From a virus, in IMG/VR virus record IMGVR_UViG_3300008459_000024, positions 1-64,000 of that record: a DNA stretch of 64,000 bases; one strand, given 5' to 3'. The position numbers and the translations under genes are program-made. The stretch's first letter is position 1; every line of letters starts with the position of its first letter. The notes under the pieces were generated by a model. That model had not been told where the DNA came from. It did no database searches and saw only the letters and a program-made list of their open reading frames with translations. Below are positions 21,029-30,774 of this stretch, piece after piece.

Positions 21029-22778
21029 CAATTAATGGGTCAGGTATGCTTGGAGCTGATATAATATTTGTACCTTCAGGTATAATTCTAAAAATAAAAT
21101 TATTATACGGATAATGTTTATTGTTCATAAATGGATAATCCACACCATTTCCGTTTTCGTCTATGAATCCAAACGGATAAATGTCCCTCCAAATAAACTC
21201 TTGAGTCGCGTTTTTATAGTACGCATAATTAGGTAAATTAGCAATAACCGCACCGTCACTCTCCTCAATGTATGGTGAATACACTTTAATCTGAAACTTA
21301 TAATGAGGCTTATAGTAGTACCCTAATGGATTATTAACTGGTCCTCCGATTGAGAAGTTATCGGAATTAAAACTGAATTTATGATAGTATTCAGAAACAA
21401 CTCTTTCCTCTTGGGTGAAATCATTAAACTCACAAAAATCTCCGTGAATTATATCATCAAGATTATACTCATTATTATAATAGAATGTTCTCCCTTGATA
21501 AGAGTTTGTAAAAGGCGTTGTTGTAACATTTGTTAAATTAGTAGGATTGATATTCTCCCACCAAATACTGTTTTGAGTTTCAACATTAAAAGACCACCCA
21601 TGTTTTAGTCCAACATTTAAAGGTCCTCCAGTAGGTTTATTAAACCAACCAAATCGTCCTCGATTAACTACTGTAAAATATAATTCAGTTACAGGTCGGT
21701 TTAAATTATCATACAAACCATTGATATCAACGTTGTTTGTAAATGATAAATTATATGAGTCACTTCCCTCTTTAACCGCAACTCTTGAAACAAAATTTGG
21801 AGATAACTGTGGAGAAATGAATTTTTTAACCGTCCTAAACGCATTATTCTCAAATCCAGAATAGGTTAAAATAGCATTAGATGGGGTATCAATTATTTTA
21901 TGTAATCTAACATAATACCTTGAAGTTGACTCATTCGCAAAATCTCGATTGGTCACTCTTTTAATTAACCCCACCAACCCATCACCAAAATCAGTAAATC
22001 CGATGTCGTAAACATTAAACACATACTTTTCAGAATCTTGTGTTCCGTCACCAAAACTATACACATCAAAAAGGTCGATAGAGTTTGATGTAACTGAAGT
22101 CCTAACACTTTCACCAGGTTTCAATCCGTGAGGCACAGGACATCTAAATTGCCAAACATTTTTACCTCTATAATTAGCCCTTACCATAGTGAATGGTATT
22201 CCATCACCTGATAAAAAATAAAAGGAACTACCAAGACTCGATTCATATAACATACCTTGACTTGTAGAACTACTAAAAGCATAAGATGTATAAAAAGACC
22301 AATTGAGTTTAGCAGCGTCTTTTGCTAATGGGACATAGTGTGGAGGGTACTGAGTACTATTTAAAGTATATCCTGTAACATCGTAGTCAGTACGAATAAA
22401 ATCAAACTCGTTATATTGAGGTAACCCTCCCCACGCAATTTCAGTACCATTAGATTGTATCTGTAGTTGTTTATAATAATTCTCATTAATATAATACAGA
22501 TTATTATTAAATGGTTGGTATGGAGATGCATTAGTCGGAGTTGTCCCTGAATAAGCATTCTCAAAGATGATACTAAACTTAGCCGTCGGATATATATACG
22601 TAGACCTTTGTCTTTCAGCATCATATAAATCAGCCAAATCAACATTAATATTCCTATCAAACTCTTCAAGTTCTTTAACCGTATTGTTTAACGGTATCTG
22701 AAGTCCAATGTTTTGTTCAGGAGACCCTTTGTATCTTTCCGAACCTTTTAAAAACGATATTTTACCTAAATCACTCAA
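21015..22778 (-). CDS. Hypothetical structural protein
   Basis: 587-aa ORF in the baseplate operon. Confidence 0.55.
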   Translation of the reverse strand: MSDLGKISFLKGSERYKGSPEQNIGLQIPLNNTVKELEEFDRNINVDLADLYDAERQRSTYIYPTAKFSIIFENAYSGTTPTNASPYQPFNNNLYYINENYYKQLQIQSNGTEIAWGGLPQYNEFDFIRTDYDVTGYTLNSTQYPPHYVPLAKDAAKLNWSFYTSYAFSSSTSQGMLYESSLGSSFYFLSGDGIPFTMVRANYRGKNVWQFRCPVPHGLKPGESVRTSVTSNSIDLFDVYSFGDGTQDSEKYVFNVYDIGFTDFGDGLVGLIKRVTNRDFANESTSRYYVRLHKIIDTPSNAILTYSGFENNAFRTVKKFISPQLSPNFVSRVAVKEGSDSYNLSFTNNVDINGLYDNLNRPVTELYFTVVNRGRFGWFNKPTGGPLNVGLKHGWSFNVETQNSIWWENINPTNLTNVTTTPFTNSYQGRTFYYNNEYNLDDIIHGDFCEFNDFTQEERVVSEYYHKFSFNSDNFSIGGPVNNPLGYYYKPHYKFQIKVYSPYIEESDGAVIANLPNYAYYKNATQEFIWRDIYPFGFIDENGNGVDYPFMNNKHYPYNNFIFRIIPEGTNIISAPSIPDPLIDDCE

Positions 22779-25700
22779 TTGTTATATTTGTATCAACGTA
22801 TTTTATGAAAAACTTATCTAACGCACTTGCACCTTTCTTTAATCCAAAATAGAAATGATATGGCGAATTTGATAACACTGTTTGACTATAATTATTTGCC
22901 GGCTTAACTTCAGTTGGGTTACCTGCAGAATCATAGTTAATTATGTACCCTTTGTAATAGAAACTATTGTTTCCATCAACTTGAACATATCTTGACGATG
23001 GGTTTATTCTGTCCAATTCTTGGTATTTAAAACTAAAAAATCTACTTGAAAAATCTCCACTACTGTCAGGATATGTGGTCGCATAATTGTTAGATTGTGT
23101 ACCAAAAATTGTGTCAGGGTCGGTGCCATTTAATCCTGTGAAATGCCACAAATAATAAGGAACTTCCTGACTTTTTACCGGAATATTTGTGAAATCATAC
23201 TGTGATGGTGGTATTGGAGTGTTTTCGTTCCATATTGTTCGTCTTGGTGTGATGTAATCTCTATCCTGATTATTACCCTTCATAAATAATCCAAAATAAG
23301 GAAACTCGTTAGCATTTGAGAAATACAATGATGATGCGTTATATGATTCAGGTGAGAACTCTTGTATACCAAATTCAGAATTGATAGCTATCATCTGAGA
23401 ATAATCTCCATCAACAAACCCAGGAATCAATGTCACACCATCTTCTCTCCATCTCGTATTTGAGAATAACGCTTTAATGGTCGGGTCCGACTGCCCCTCG
23501 TTAGGGTCATCAGATATTGGTATTAATTGTTGCAAGAATGATGTATTAATTAAACGACTCAATATAAAGATGTTTAATATGTCATTTATTTCTTGGTATG
23601 AAGTCGCCTTTAATTTTGCAACAATATAACCATCGTAATCGTCGGAATACACCAATTCTTGTAGGAACGAGTCTCTTGGGCCTAAATCTAAGATTGTAGT
23701 TGGAGCACCTAAATATTTTTTATTACCAACACCATCTTCACCAAAAGAATTGGTTTTACCAATAAAGTACCCATCATTAATATTAGTCAATGACGTTGTT
23801 GAGAATGGACTACTTCTATAGTAAAAGTTGTTAGATGGATGTAAAATAACTAAGTCTTTACAGTATAAACTATAAGGTTCATTATTCGAATCAAAAACTC
23901 TAACATTTCTAAATGGATAAGTATATAATGTACCATTCACATATTGATTATTAAATGTGTGGGAAATGATTTCAAAACAAGCTGCCAAATTCATCTTTAA
24001 TCTAGTAATCCATTCAACAACTGATTTAATATCTTTAGGTATTGTCTTAAATGGTTTTGAAACGAGATTATAACATCCATTACCCTTTAAGAAATATTTT
24101 TCTTTACCTGAAGGGTCCATTAATTGGTCACAATTAGGTTTGATAATTGGTTGCCCGTCAGCATCTACATCATAACACTCAAGTGGAACTGCCTTAGAAC
24201 AATCACTTAATGATTCAATAACAGGATTACTACCAAAGAAATATTGAGTGGATTCGTTATTGGTTGTCGGAGTATTTGTTACATTAATTAACGCTTGTTG
24301 TGCTCCCGCATCTGATATTTTGAATATTGCAAATGTACTGTTTTGATGGAGGAAGTAATAATTTTTACCTTCATTACTCTGAACATTGGTTGATGTTGGT
24401 AGTCGGTCTGACCTGAATACTTGTCTTTGTGACGTTAATTGCCATGGGTCAAACGTAAAAGTTGGTGACCCAATTCTTTTAAGGTACGATGTAGAAATAT
24501 AAGCAGGTGAACCGTATTTACCATTTTCATATGGAGTATCTCGGTTATAGAAATCATGTGCTCCGTCTTCATCCCCACCATTCATTAATCTCATAGACAT
24601 TATCGATGCTCCCGCAACATTCTCACCACCATAATATCCTGTAATATTTCTACCACCATTATCAGGACATGTGTTAGGATACATGTTATAAAAACATTTA
24701 GCACCTATCGCATCCCCACAATTTAAAGCGTGATATCCACTAGGATAATAGGGTAATGCAAAATATCGAGTGAATGCATTCACATAATTATTCAATGGGT
24801 TGGTGATTGAATTACTACAAATATCACTACTATCAATATATAATTCACCAGCAATTGTCTGAGTATATACATTTGAGGTTCCTCCATCATCGAAAACAGT
24901 ATTAGTACCGGGCAAATATGTCACATTAATCCCACCATCATCAATGTCAGAATAATAAGCCGGAAGTAAGGTTTCCCCGTCATTATCAAATTGATTATAA
25001 TTAAAACTATAACTTTGGAAAAACACATTTTTATCTAAAACGTTTGTATTAGTATTAACCAAGTGCGATGCGGGTCTCATAGAGTCATTAGTGGACTGTA
25101 TAGGTATATTCATTTTAAAATTACCACTGACAACATAATTAGAATTCCACTGATAATCATCAACACCAAATATTCTACTTAAATCTATTTGCTGAGGTAT
25201 TCTTGGGGAATTTGGGTCAACTCCTCTCATTAGAATAACAATACCATAATCGTCATAATTTTTGATTGCACTACCCTCAATATTATTCTCATCAAATAGA
25301 GGACTTTCTCCGGCGTATTTAACCGCACTTCCCTGGTACCCATACCAACAAGAGTAACATGGATACTCACTTTCACCTAAATCAAGTCTGTAATATCTCA
25401 GGTTTCTATATCCGATATCAATACCATTTAGTCTTTGTAAGTATCTAACACCATATGAGAACTCATTCGCATCTGCAGGTGCAATAGATGCAAAGTCACC
25501 AATTGTCATACCTGTAATTACTTGGAAATACTCTACGTCAGCAGGAAATGGATTATCCACATTTGTAGTATTACCACTAGTATATTCAATAGGTATCGTA
25601 TAGGTAGTTGATAGTGTGGTCGCGCCAAAGTCGTCAGGATTTGAGTAGTTGACAGTTATTTGAGATGGTGTGGTTATGTCACCAGTTTTAACACCAAAAT

Positions 25701-28350
25701 TAATGTCTCCAGATTGAGCCGAGTCTTGGAATGATAAAATCTGACCTGAAGGTAAAGAGCTAACTTTGTTTTTATCCAACACTAAAATCATAACACTATC
25801 TTTATGATTTTTAACATCTGGATTATTTGTATTAGGCAACCAGTTAACCCTAATTTGATTATATCCTTTTATATTTCCATCTCCAAAATTTGGTACGTTA
25901 TTATAATATTTTGACTTGGTGTTAAATAAATTATATAACTCAGCCGGAGGTAAGTTTAATGTGAAAAAATATCCGTTATTTGGTGCGGGACTCCATGGGA
26001 AACGTTTTAACGTTGCTTCCGCACCTTGTCCTGTTGATGAATATCCCGCCCATATTTGTCCAACATTAATTAATTCATCTCCAGTAAATCCATTATACGG
26101 ATTAGGACTTGTTACATCTATCAATATTGAGGTTTGTACGTCGTATACAGGAGCAGCAATTGACTCCGCTAAACCGTCTAATCCTGATAAATCAACACTT
26201 TGTGGGTCATCTTCAGTTTGGTCAATACCACCATATTCAGCCTGACAATTACATCGTTCACACCCATCATCAGTATATAACACTAAAGGTAATCCAATAT
26301 TAAGTAGTTTCTTTGACGCTTCTTTAATTCTGTCAGCATATACTAAAATTAATATAGCAAAAGCGGTAATTATTACACCTTTAGCAATTAACGTAATTGA
26401 CAATGCCACTTGAGGAACTGGAGACGCTAGAGCTGCACCCGCATCAATGTAAAATGACGCCGCCAGTCCTCCCAGATAAATGGAAAACGCAATAATAAAA
26501 GGATAAAAAATATTTGTTAATAAAAATGCCAATACGTGTAATATTAACATTACAGGTATAGTTAAAAACTTAAAGAAATCTAAGAAAAATGATATTATCA
26601 CAAATAAAACATCCACTCGATAAATTGCGTCGTTAGTTGGGAATGTGTTATAAGTCCCCTCACAATTAGAATCGGTAATCTTTTTAATGATTAATGTATT
26701 TCCAGCAAACCTGTTTGATTGGTACCTGTCAATTAATTGTGAGACAGTATATACTTTATTATATACCATTTCATAGAACGTATCCACACAATTAATAGCT
26801 TCGGTAGGATTTGCGTATTCATTCCAATCTAAACTGAATGCGTATGATGATTGTAATAAAAATAAATCAATCGGAACGTTATCAAAATCTATAGTATACG
26901 GATTATTTAAATCTTCAACATCAAATGTAAAAATATAAGTTCCTTCAGTTCTTAATGTTGTACCATTTAACTGAACACCATTAGGGTCGGTAATAACTAA
27001 ATTTTTTATGTTTTCAATGAATGAAAGTCTATATACAGTTTCGGATGGTAAATCAACATACACCGTTTGAGATAATACTCCTCCCTGTGGGTTTGAGGAT
27101 ATTGTTACCGTACTAACATTTGATTCTGAGTCAATCGGGTCCGTATCAGGTCCACTCCACCCTCTTTCTTTAATGTTTGGTAATAAGAAATAAGCCCTTT
27201 TAACTTCTTCAGATAACTGAGGTGATTGTAACCATTTAATTTTGAATCTATATTTACCTTTTGTTGGTACCCCTAAATCAGGATTATTACTAACTCTTTG
27301 TTGTCCATATTCATCAGTATAAACATAGTTTAAGTTCATAGGGACTTCTAATACCCATGTACCATCTATGTCTATTACCTTACCGTCATTATCTAATCTA
27401 TGTTCCTCTAATATTGGTCTACCATTGTCATCTGAGAATATTGTCTGTCGAATAGCAACAATTTGTCCAGGACCTGTGGTCATATCACATAACTGTCCCG
27501 CCTTTGATTTAACTTTACATTTTGAGCCTGAAAAAGAACTACCTATTTTTTTCTTATCATCAATAGAGATAAGTGACCCCATGAATATTGCGGTTGGTTG
27601 TAACTTAATATTTGCTATTGTCGATAAATCATAATCCGTTCTTGTAATAGAGTAATTACAAACTTCAGGTTCACCATAAAATGGTTCCACTTGTATTGTT
27701 TTGGTAACAGTTATGATTTGAGGTAATTCAGAGTAATTCTCAGAGAATTTGAATTTAGTCCCGTCCACTTGGTCTTCGGTAGCCAATCCCAATCTAATTA
27801 AATCTTGTGGAGTTAAAGAGAATTGTCCAATATCTGACAAATCAATCTGCATAAACAAATCATGTTGTCCCACAGGAACTCCAAAAATCATAAAGTCACC
27901 AGCGTCATTTGTCTTTACAGTATACTTGTAATATTTGTCATAAACTTCGACAACTGATTTGTCAATTAAAGCATCACTTCTTTCAGGAAAAGTTCCGACA
28001 GGTACGTGTGCCGAGTGAGATTGTGTATATGGTAATAAATTATACTTATAACCATCTTCGTTCACTGTAGTAAAATCTTTATAAGGATATAATACAGATA
28101 TGATTGAATTTGTTTCGTCTTGTTGTTCTAATGGTATAAAAATAGATATTCTAGCGTTTGGTAATCCAAACCCATTATTAACATAAACTCTACCGCAAAC
28201 AACGCCAAACGGAGCACAAGTACGTAAGTATTCTTGTTCAGGATTAATTGACATCGACAGGATTTCAAGTGAATCAAAATTTTGTTCTAATTTTACTTGT
28301 AATACCTTGTCTGTACCTAAATCTGACTTTATTCTAAATGAATTTGGCAT
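22771..28350 (-). CDS. Large tail/baseplate-associated protein with carboxypeptidase-regulatory-like N-domain and internal hydrophobic helices
   Basis: GRVYVNNGFGLPNARISI...KTNDAGDFMIFGVPVG; about 90-aa hydrophobic block; late motif at 28362-28368. Confidence 0.6.
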   Translation of the reverse strand: MPNSFRIKSDLGTDKVLQVKLEQNFDSLEILSMSINPEQEYLRTCAPFGVVCGRVYVNNGFGLPNARISIFIPLEQQDETNSIISVLYPYKDFTTVNEDGYKYNLLPYTQSHSAHVPVGTFPERSDALIDKSVVEVYDKYYKYTVKTNDAGDFMIFGVPVGQHDLFMQIDLSDIGQFSLTPQDLIRLGLATEDQVDGTKFKFSENYSELPQIITVTKTIQVEPFYGEPEVCNYSITRTDYDLSTIANIKLQPTAIFMGSLISIDDKKKIGSSFSGSKCKVKSKAGQLCDMTTGPGQIVAIRQTIFSDDNGRPILEEHRLDNDGKVIDIDGTWVLEVPMNLNYVYTDEYGQQRVSNNPDLGVPTKGKYRFKIKWLQSPQLSEEVKRAYFLLPNIKERGWSGPDTDPIDSESNVSTVTISSNPQGGVLSQTVYVDLPSETVYRLSFIENIKNLVITDPNGVQLNGTTLRTEGTYIFTFDVEDLNNPYTIDFDNVPIDLFLLQSSYAFSLDWNEYANPTEAINCVDTFYEMVYNKVYTVSQLIDRYQSNRFAGNTLIIKKITDSNCEGTYNTFPTNDAIYRVDVLFVIISFFLDFFKFLTIPVMLILHVLAFLLTNIFYPFIIAFSIYLGGLAASFYIDAGAALASPVPQVALSITLIAKGVIITAFAILILVYADRIKEASKKLLNIGLPLVLYTDDGCERCNCQAEYGGIDQTEDDPQSVDLSGLDGLAESIAAPVYDVQTSILIDVTSPNPYNGFTGDELINVGQIWAGYSSTGQGAEATLKRFPWSPAPNNGYFFTLNLPPAELYNLFNTKSKYYNNVPNFGDGNIKGYNQIRVNWLPNTNNPDVKNHKDSVMILVLDKNKVSSLPSGQILSFQDSAQSGDINFGVKTGDITTPSQITVNYSNPDDFGATTLSTTYTIPIEYTSGNTTNVDNPFPADVEYFQVITGMTIGDFASIAPADANEFSYGVRYLQRLNGIDIGYRNLRYYRLDLGESEYPCYSCWYGYQGSAVKYAGESPLFDENNIEGSAIKNYDDYGIVILMRGVDPNSPRIPQQIDLSRIFGVDDYQWNSNYVVSGNFKMNIPIQSTNDSMRPASHLVNTNTNVLDKNVFFQSYSFNYNQFDNDGETLLPAYYSDIDDGGINVTYLPGTNTVFDDGGTSNVYTQTIAGELYIDSSDICSNSITNPLNNYVNAFTRYFALPYYPSGYHALNCGDAIGAKCFYNMYPNTCPDNGGRNITGYYGGENVAGASIMSMRLMNGGDEDGAHDFYNRDTPYENGKYGSPAYISTSYLKRIGSPTFTFDPWQLTSQRQVFRSDRLPTSTNVQSNEGKNYYFLHQNSTFAIFKISDAGAQQALINVTNTPTTNNESTQYFFGSNPVIESLSDCSKAVPLECYDVDADGQPIIKPNCDQLMDPSGKEKYFLKGNGCYNLVSKPFKTIPKDIKSVVEWITRLKMNLAACFEIISHTFNNQYVNGTLYTYPFRNVRVFDSNNEPYSLYCKDLVILHPSNNFYYRSSPFSTTSLTNINDGYFIGKTNSFGEDGVGNKKYLGAPTTILDLGPRDSFLQELVYSDDYDGYIVAKLKATSYQEINDILNIFILSRLINTSFLQQLIPISDDPNEGQSDPTIKALFSNTRWREDGVTLIPGFVDGDYSQMIAINSEFGIQEFSPESYNASSLYFSNANEFPYFGLFMKGNNQDRDYITPRRTIWNENTPIPPSQYDFTNIPVKSQEVPYYLWHFTGLNGTDPDTIFGTQSNNYATTYPDSSGDFSSRFFSFKYQELDRINPSSRYVQVDGNNSFYYKGYIINYDSAGNPTEVKPANNYSQTVLSNSPYHFYFGLKKGASALDKFFIKYVDTNITIE

Positions 28351-28400
28351 TCTCTTTTTTGATAAATAGTTTAGACACTAATTTCAAAAAATAAATAATC

Positions 28401-30236
28401 TTAACTGAAATTGGTTGTAGACAAATTCTTAACTCTAATTTGAATATCCGTATTTGGATACCTAACTTGATAAATTTGATTAGGTTCCGCAAAAAGAGTA
28501 TCGTCAATTAATTGAATCTCTTTTGTTGACTCTGAAGAATATCGTTGGGACGTTTGAGCTGAAGAATATAACCCCCCTACTTTATTATAAACTTTCAAGT
28601 CAGATATTGTAATCACCCCATTCTCTTGTTGTATAATTCTTCTTATCTCAGAAATGAAAACATTACCCCCCATATTTTGATTCGCAGGACTCATGTAATT
28701 AGAAATTAAATTAACAACATTTGTTATAACTGTACCCTGATTTTGAGTTGCGTCAAGTACTAAAGATATATCAAATGACACATCAATAACGTTTGCGGAA
28801 CTAATAAAAATATAATCATTCATCATTCTATAATTTGACAAATAATTAGATAAATTAGTTTTTAAGGTATTTGAAACCACGCTAGTTAATTTACCATTAA
28901 CGTCGTAAGATAATAAATTAATTTTAATTTTATTATCCTCTTCAGTTATTGCAACTTTAGCAGGTGCTCCAAATTGTGAAGGCATTTTTCTAATTAATGT
29001 TTCGTAGTCATTAATCGTAACCGCTCTGTTTTGAGCCGAAAAGTTAAATGAAACTAAATTTCTAACTTCCTCAATTGAAGGAACACTCGCACCTCCAATC
29101 GCAGCGGTCACGTTATTACAAGTTAACGAATTAATTACTTGTTGCCTAACATTTGCAGAACTACCATTCACCGCAAAACTTACAGTTCCGACTTGGTTGA
29201 TGACATTGACCCCAACATTAGTTCCTAACCCCCCACCAATTCTATACTGAATAAATAACGTACTATTAGGTTTTAATACTGAACCTAAACTATAATTGTT
29301 TTGGTATTTAGATAAATCTAATGGTGTTCCATTTGCAGCAAATTCTCTTAATAATTCATCTGTAGACGTATTACCTCCACCAAAAGTAACCTTCATAAAT
29401 CCTTGTGGTGTAAACTCGGTAATAAAACGACTACTTGTTTGAACATATTTCCCAACTTTAATTCCAGGAGTATCACTTGGTTTTGTAGGGTCCTCAATAA
29501 AAATTCTATCTTGAGCCAAAGCTTCAACTTCATACCATCTGTTAGCCGAACCTAAAAACTCTTGTACCGATGGAACATTAGTATACGTTGTACCATCTTT
29601 TAATAAAACACTTGTAACTCCTAAAACATTTTTTTCAGGTAAGAATAATTCTAAAAATGGTCTTGAGTCAGCTTGATTAATTACCTTTTTAAATACTTTT
29701 GTAATACCATTAACAACAGGCTCACGTTTAACAATTGTATAATTAACCAACTGATTATTTACAAAATTTGGTATAACTTTTCTATTCGGATAACCCTCGT
29801 TGTTGAATCTTGAAGTGAAGTCAATGTCATACAATGTTTCAAATACCTGTCCAGCACCGATTACCTGACTACCTCTTCTTAATATACCACAATAAGTTAA
29901 GTCTTCTTTATCCCCAAAGGCAGGTACTGTAATTGAAAAATCAACAAGAGCAACTGACGGTCTTTGACCCGGAATCTTTAGTCCATATGTTCGAGCAATA
30001 TTATAGATTGATGACCTTTGTTGGGCATATTGTAATACAGTTTCTTGTAAACTTCTGTCAATGTGATAATGAAGGTTGTCCGTAACCGCTGCGTTTAAAT
30101 CTAAAAACACCGAGAATACCGAAGCGTCATTAACGTTCTGTATTAAATCAGGATAATAAGTTCTTACAAAATTTATAAGTTCTTGTCTTATTGACTGAAA
30201 GTCTCTTGTGGTATATGAAATTTGTTTATTAGCCAT
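28401..30236 (-). CDS. Baseplate wedge subunit (T4 gp6 / baseplate J-like)
   Basis: RDFQSIRQELINF, AQQRSSIYNIARTYG, YRIGGG...N.G, AQNRAVTINDY. Confidence 0.85.
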   Translation of the reverse strand: MANKQISYTTRDFQSIRQELINFVRTYYPDLIQNVNDASVFSVFLDLNAAVTDNLHYHIDRSLQETVLQYAQQRSSIYNIARTYGLKIPGQRPSVALVDFSITVPAFGDKEDLTYCGILRRGSQVIGAGQVFETLYDIDFTSRFNNEGYPNRKVIPNFVNNQLVNYTIVKREPVVNGITKVFKKVINQADSRPFLELFLPEKNVLGVTSVLLKDGTTYTNVPSVQEFLGSANRWYEVEALAQDRIFIEDPTKPSDTPGIKVGKYVQTSSRFITEFTPQGFMKVTFGGGNTSTDELLREFAANGTPLDLSKYQNNYSLGSVLKPNSTLFIQYRIGGGLGTNVGVNVINQVGTVSFAVNGSSANVRQQVINSLTCNNVTAAIGGASVPSIEEVRNLVSFNFSAQNRAVTINDYETLIRKMPSQFGAPAKVAITEEDNKIKINLLSYDVNGKLTSVVSNTLKTNLSNYLSNYRMMNDYIFISSANVIDVSFDISLVLDATQNQGTVITNVVNLISNYMSPANQNMGGNVFISEIRRIIQQENGVITISDLKVYNKVGGLYSSAQTSQRYSSESTKEIQLIDDTLFAEPNQIYQVRYPNTDIQIRVKNLSTTNFS

Positions 30237-30237
30237 C

Positions 30238-30696
30238 TTATATATTAATTATTACAAAATCTTTTGAGTTAAAGACATCTGAGGTTATTGAGTAATCTAT
30301 CCTAACTTTAGCGGTATATTCTCTTGTTGCCATCCCTGGTAAATCGTAAGTATTGTTTTCAACATTACCATTAGTTGTAACATCAGTCCCTTCTTCAGTT
30401 GCAATGGCAGTAACACTTATTGATGTAACTAACAGATTTGGAATATACTTTTCAACAGAATCTTTAATCTCTAATTCAATATCATTAAATGTTGGTCCAT
30501 CCAATGGTTCAAAAATATACTCATATAAACGAGTTCCAAAATCAGGTAAAAAATATCTTGAACCTTTTCTAGTTAAAAGTAAGTGTATCAAACTACTCCT
30601 AATTTCTTCATTAGTGTAATCTGACAAGTCAAGGTACTTACCATCAAAAGAATCTCTAAAAGGGAAATTTATACCGTATGTAACTCCGTTAGCCAT
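30238..30696 (-). CDS. Baseplate wedge/sheath initiator (T4 gp25-like)
   Basis: IRSSLIHLLLTRKGSRYFLPDFGTRLYEYIFEP; start set at ATG 30696, 5 nt after the late motif at 30702-30708. Confidence 0.88.
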   Translation of the reverse strand: MANGVTYGINFPFRDSFDGKYLDLSDYTNEEIRSSLIHLLLTRKGSRYFLPDFGTRLYEYIFEPLDGPTFNDIELEIKDSVEKYIPNLLVTSISVTAIATEEGTDVTTNGNVENNTYDLPGMATREYTAKVRIDYSITSDVFNSKDFVIINI

Positions 30697-30740
30697 ATGA
30701 TATAAATATAATGTCACATTTTTTTCAGTAAATCACTTAT

Positions 30741-30770
30741 AAAATAAAAAATCCCGACGAATCGGGATTT
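30741..30770 (-). terminator. Intrinsic terminator after nrdA
   Basis: Minus strand aaatcccga-TTCG-tcgggattt followed by a T-tract. Confidence 0.8.
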
Positions 30771-30774
30771 AAAT

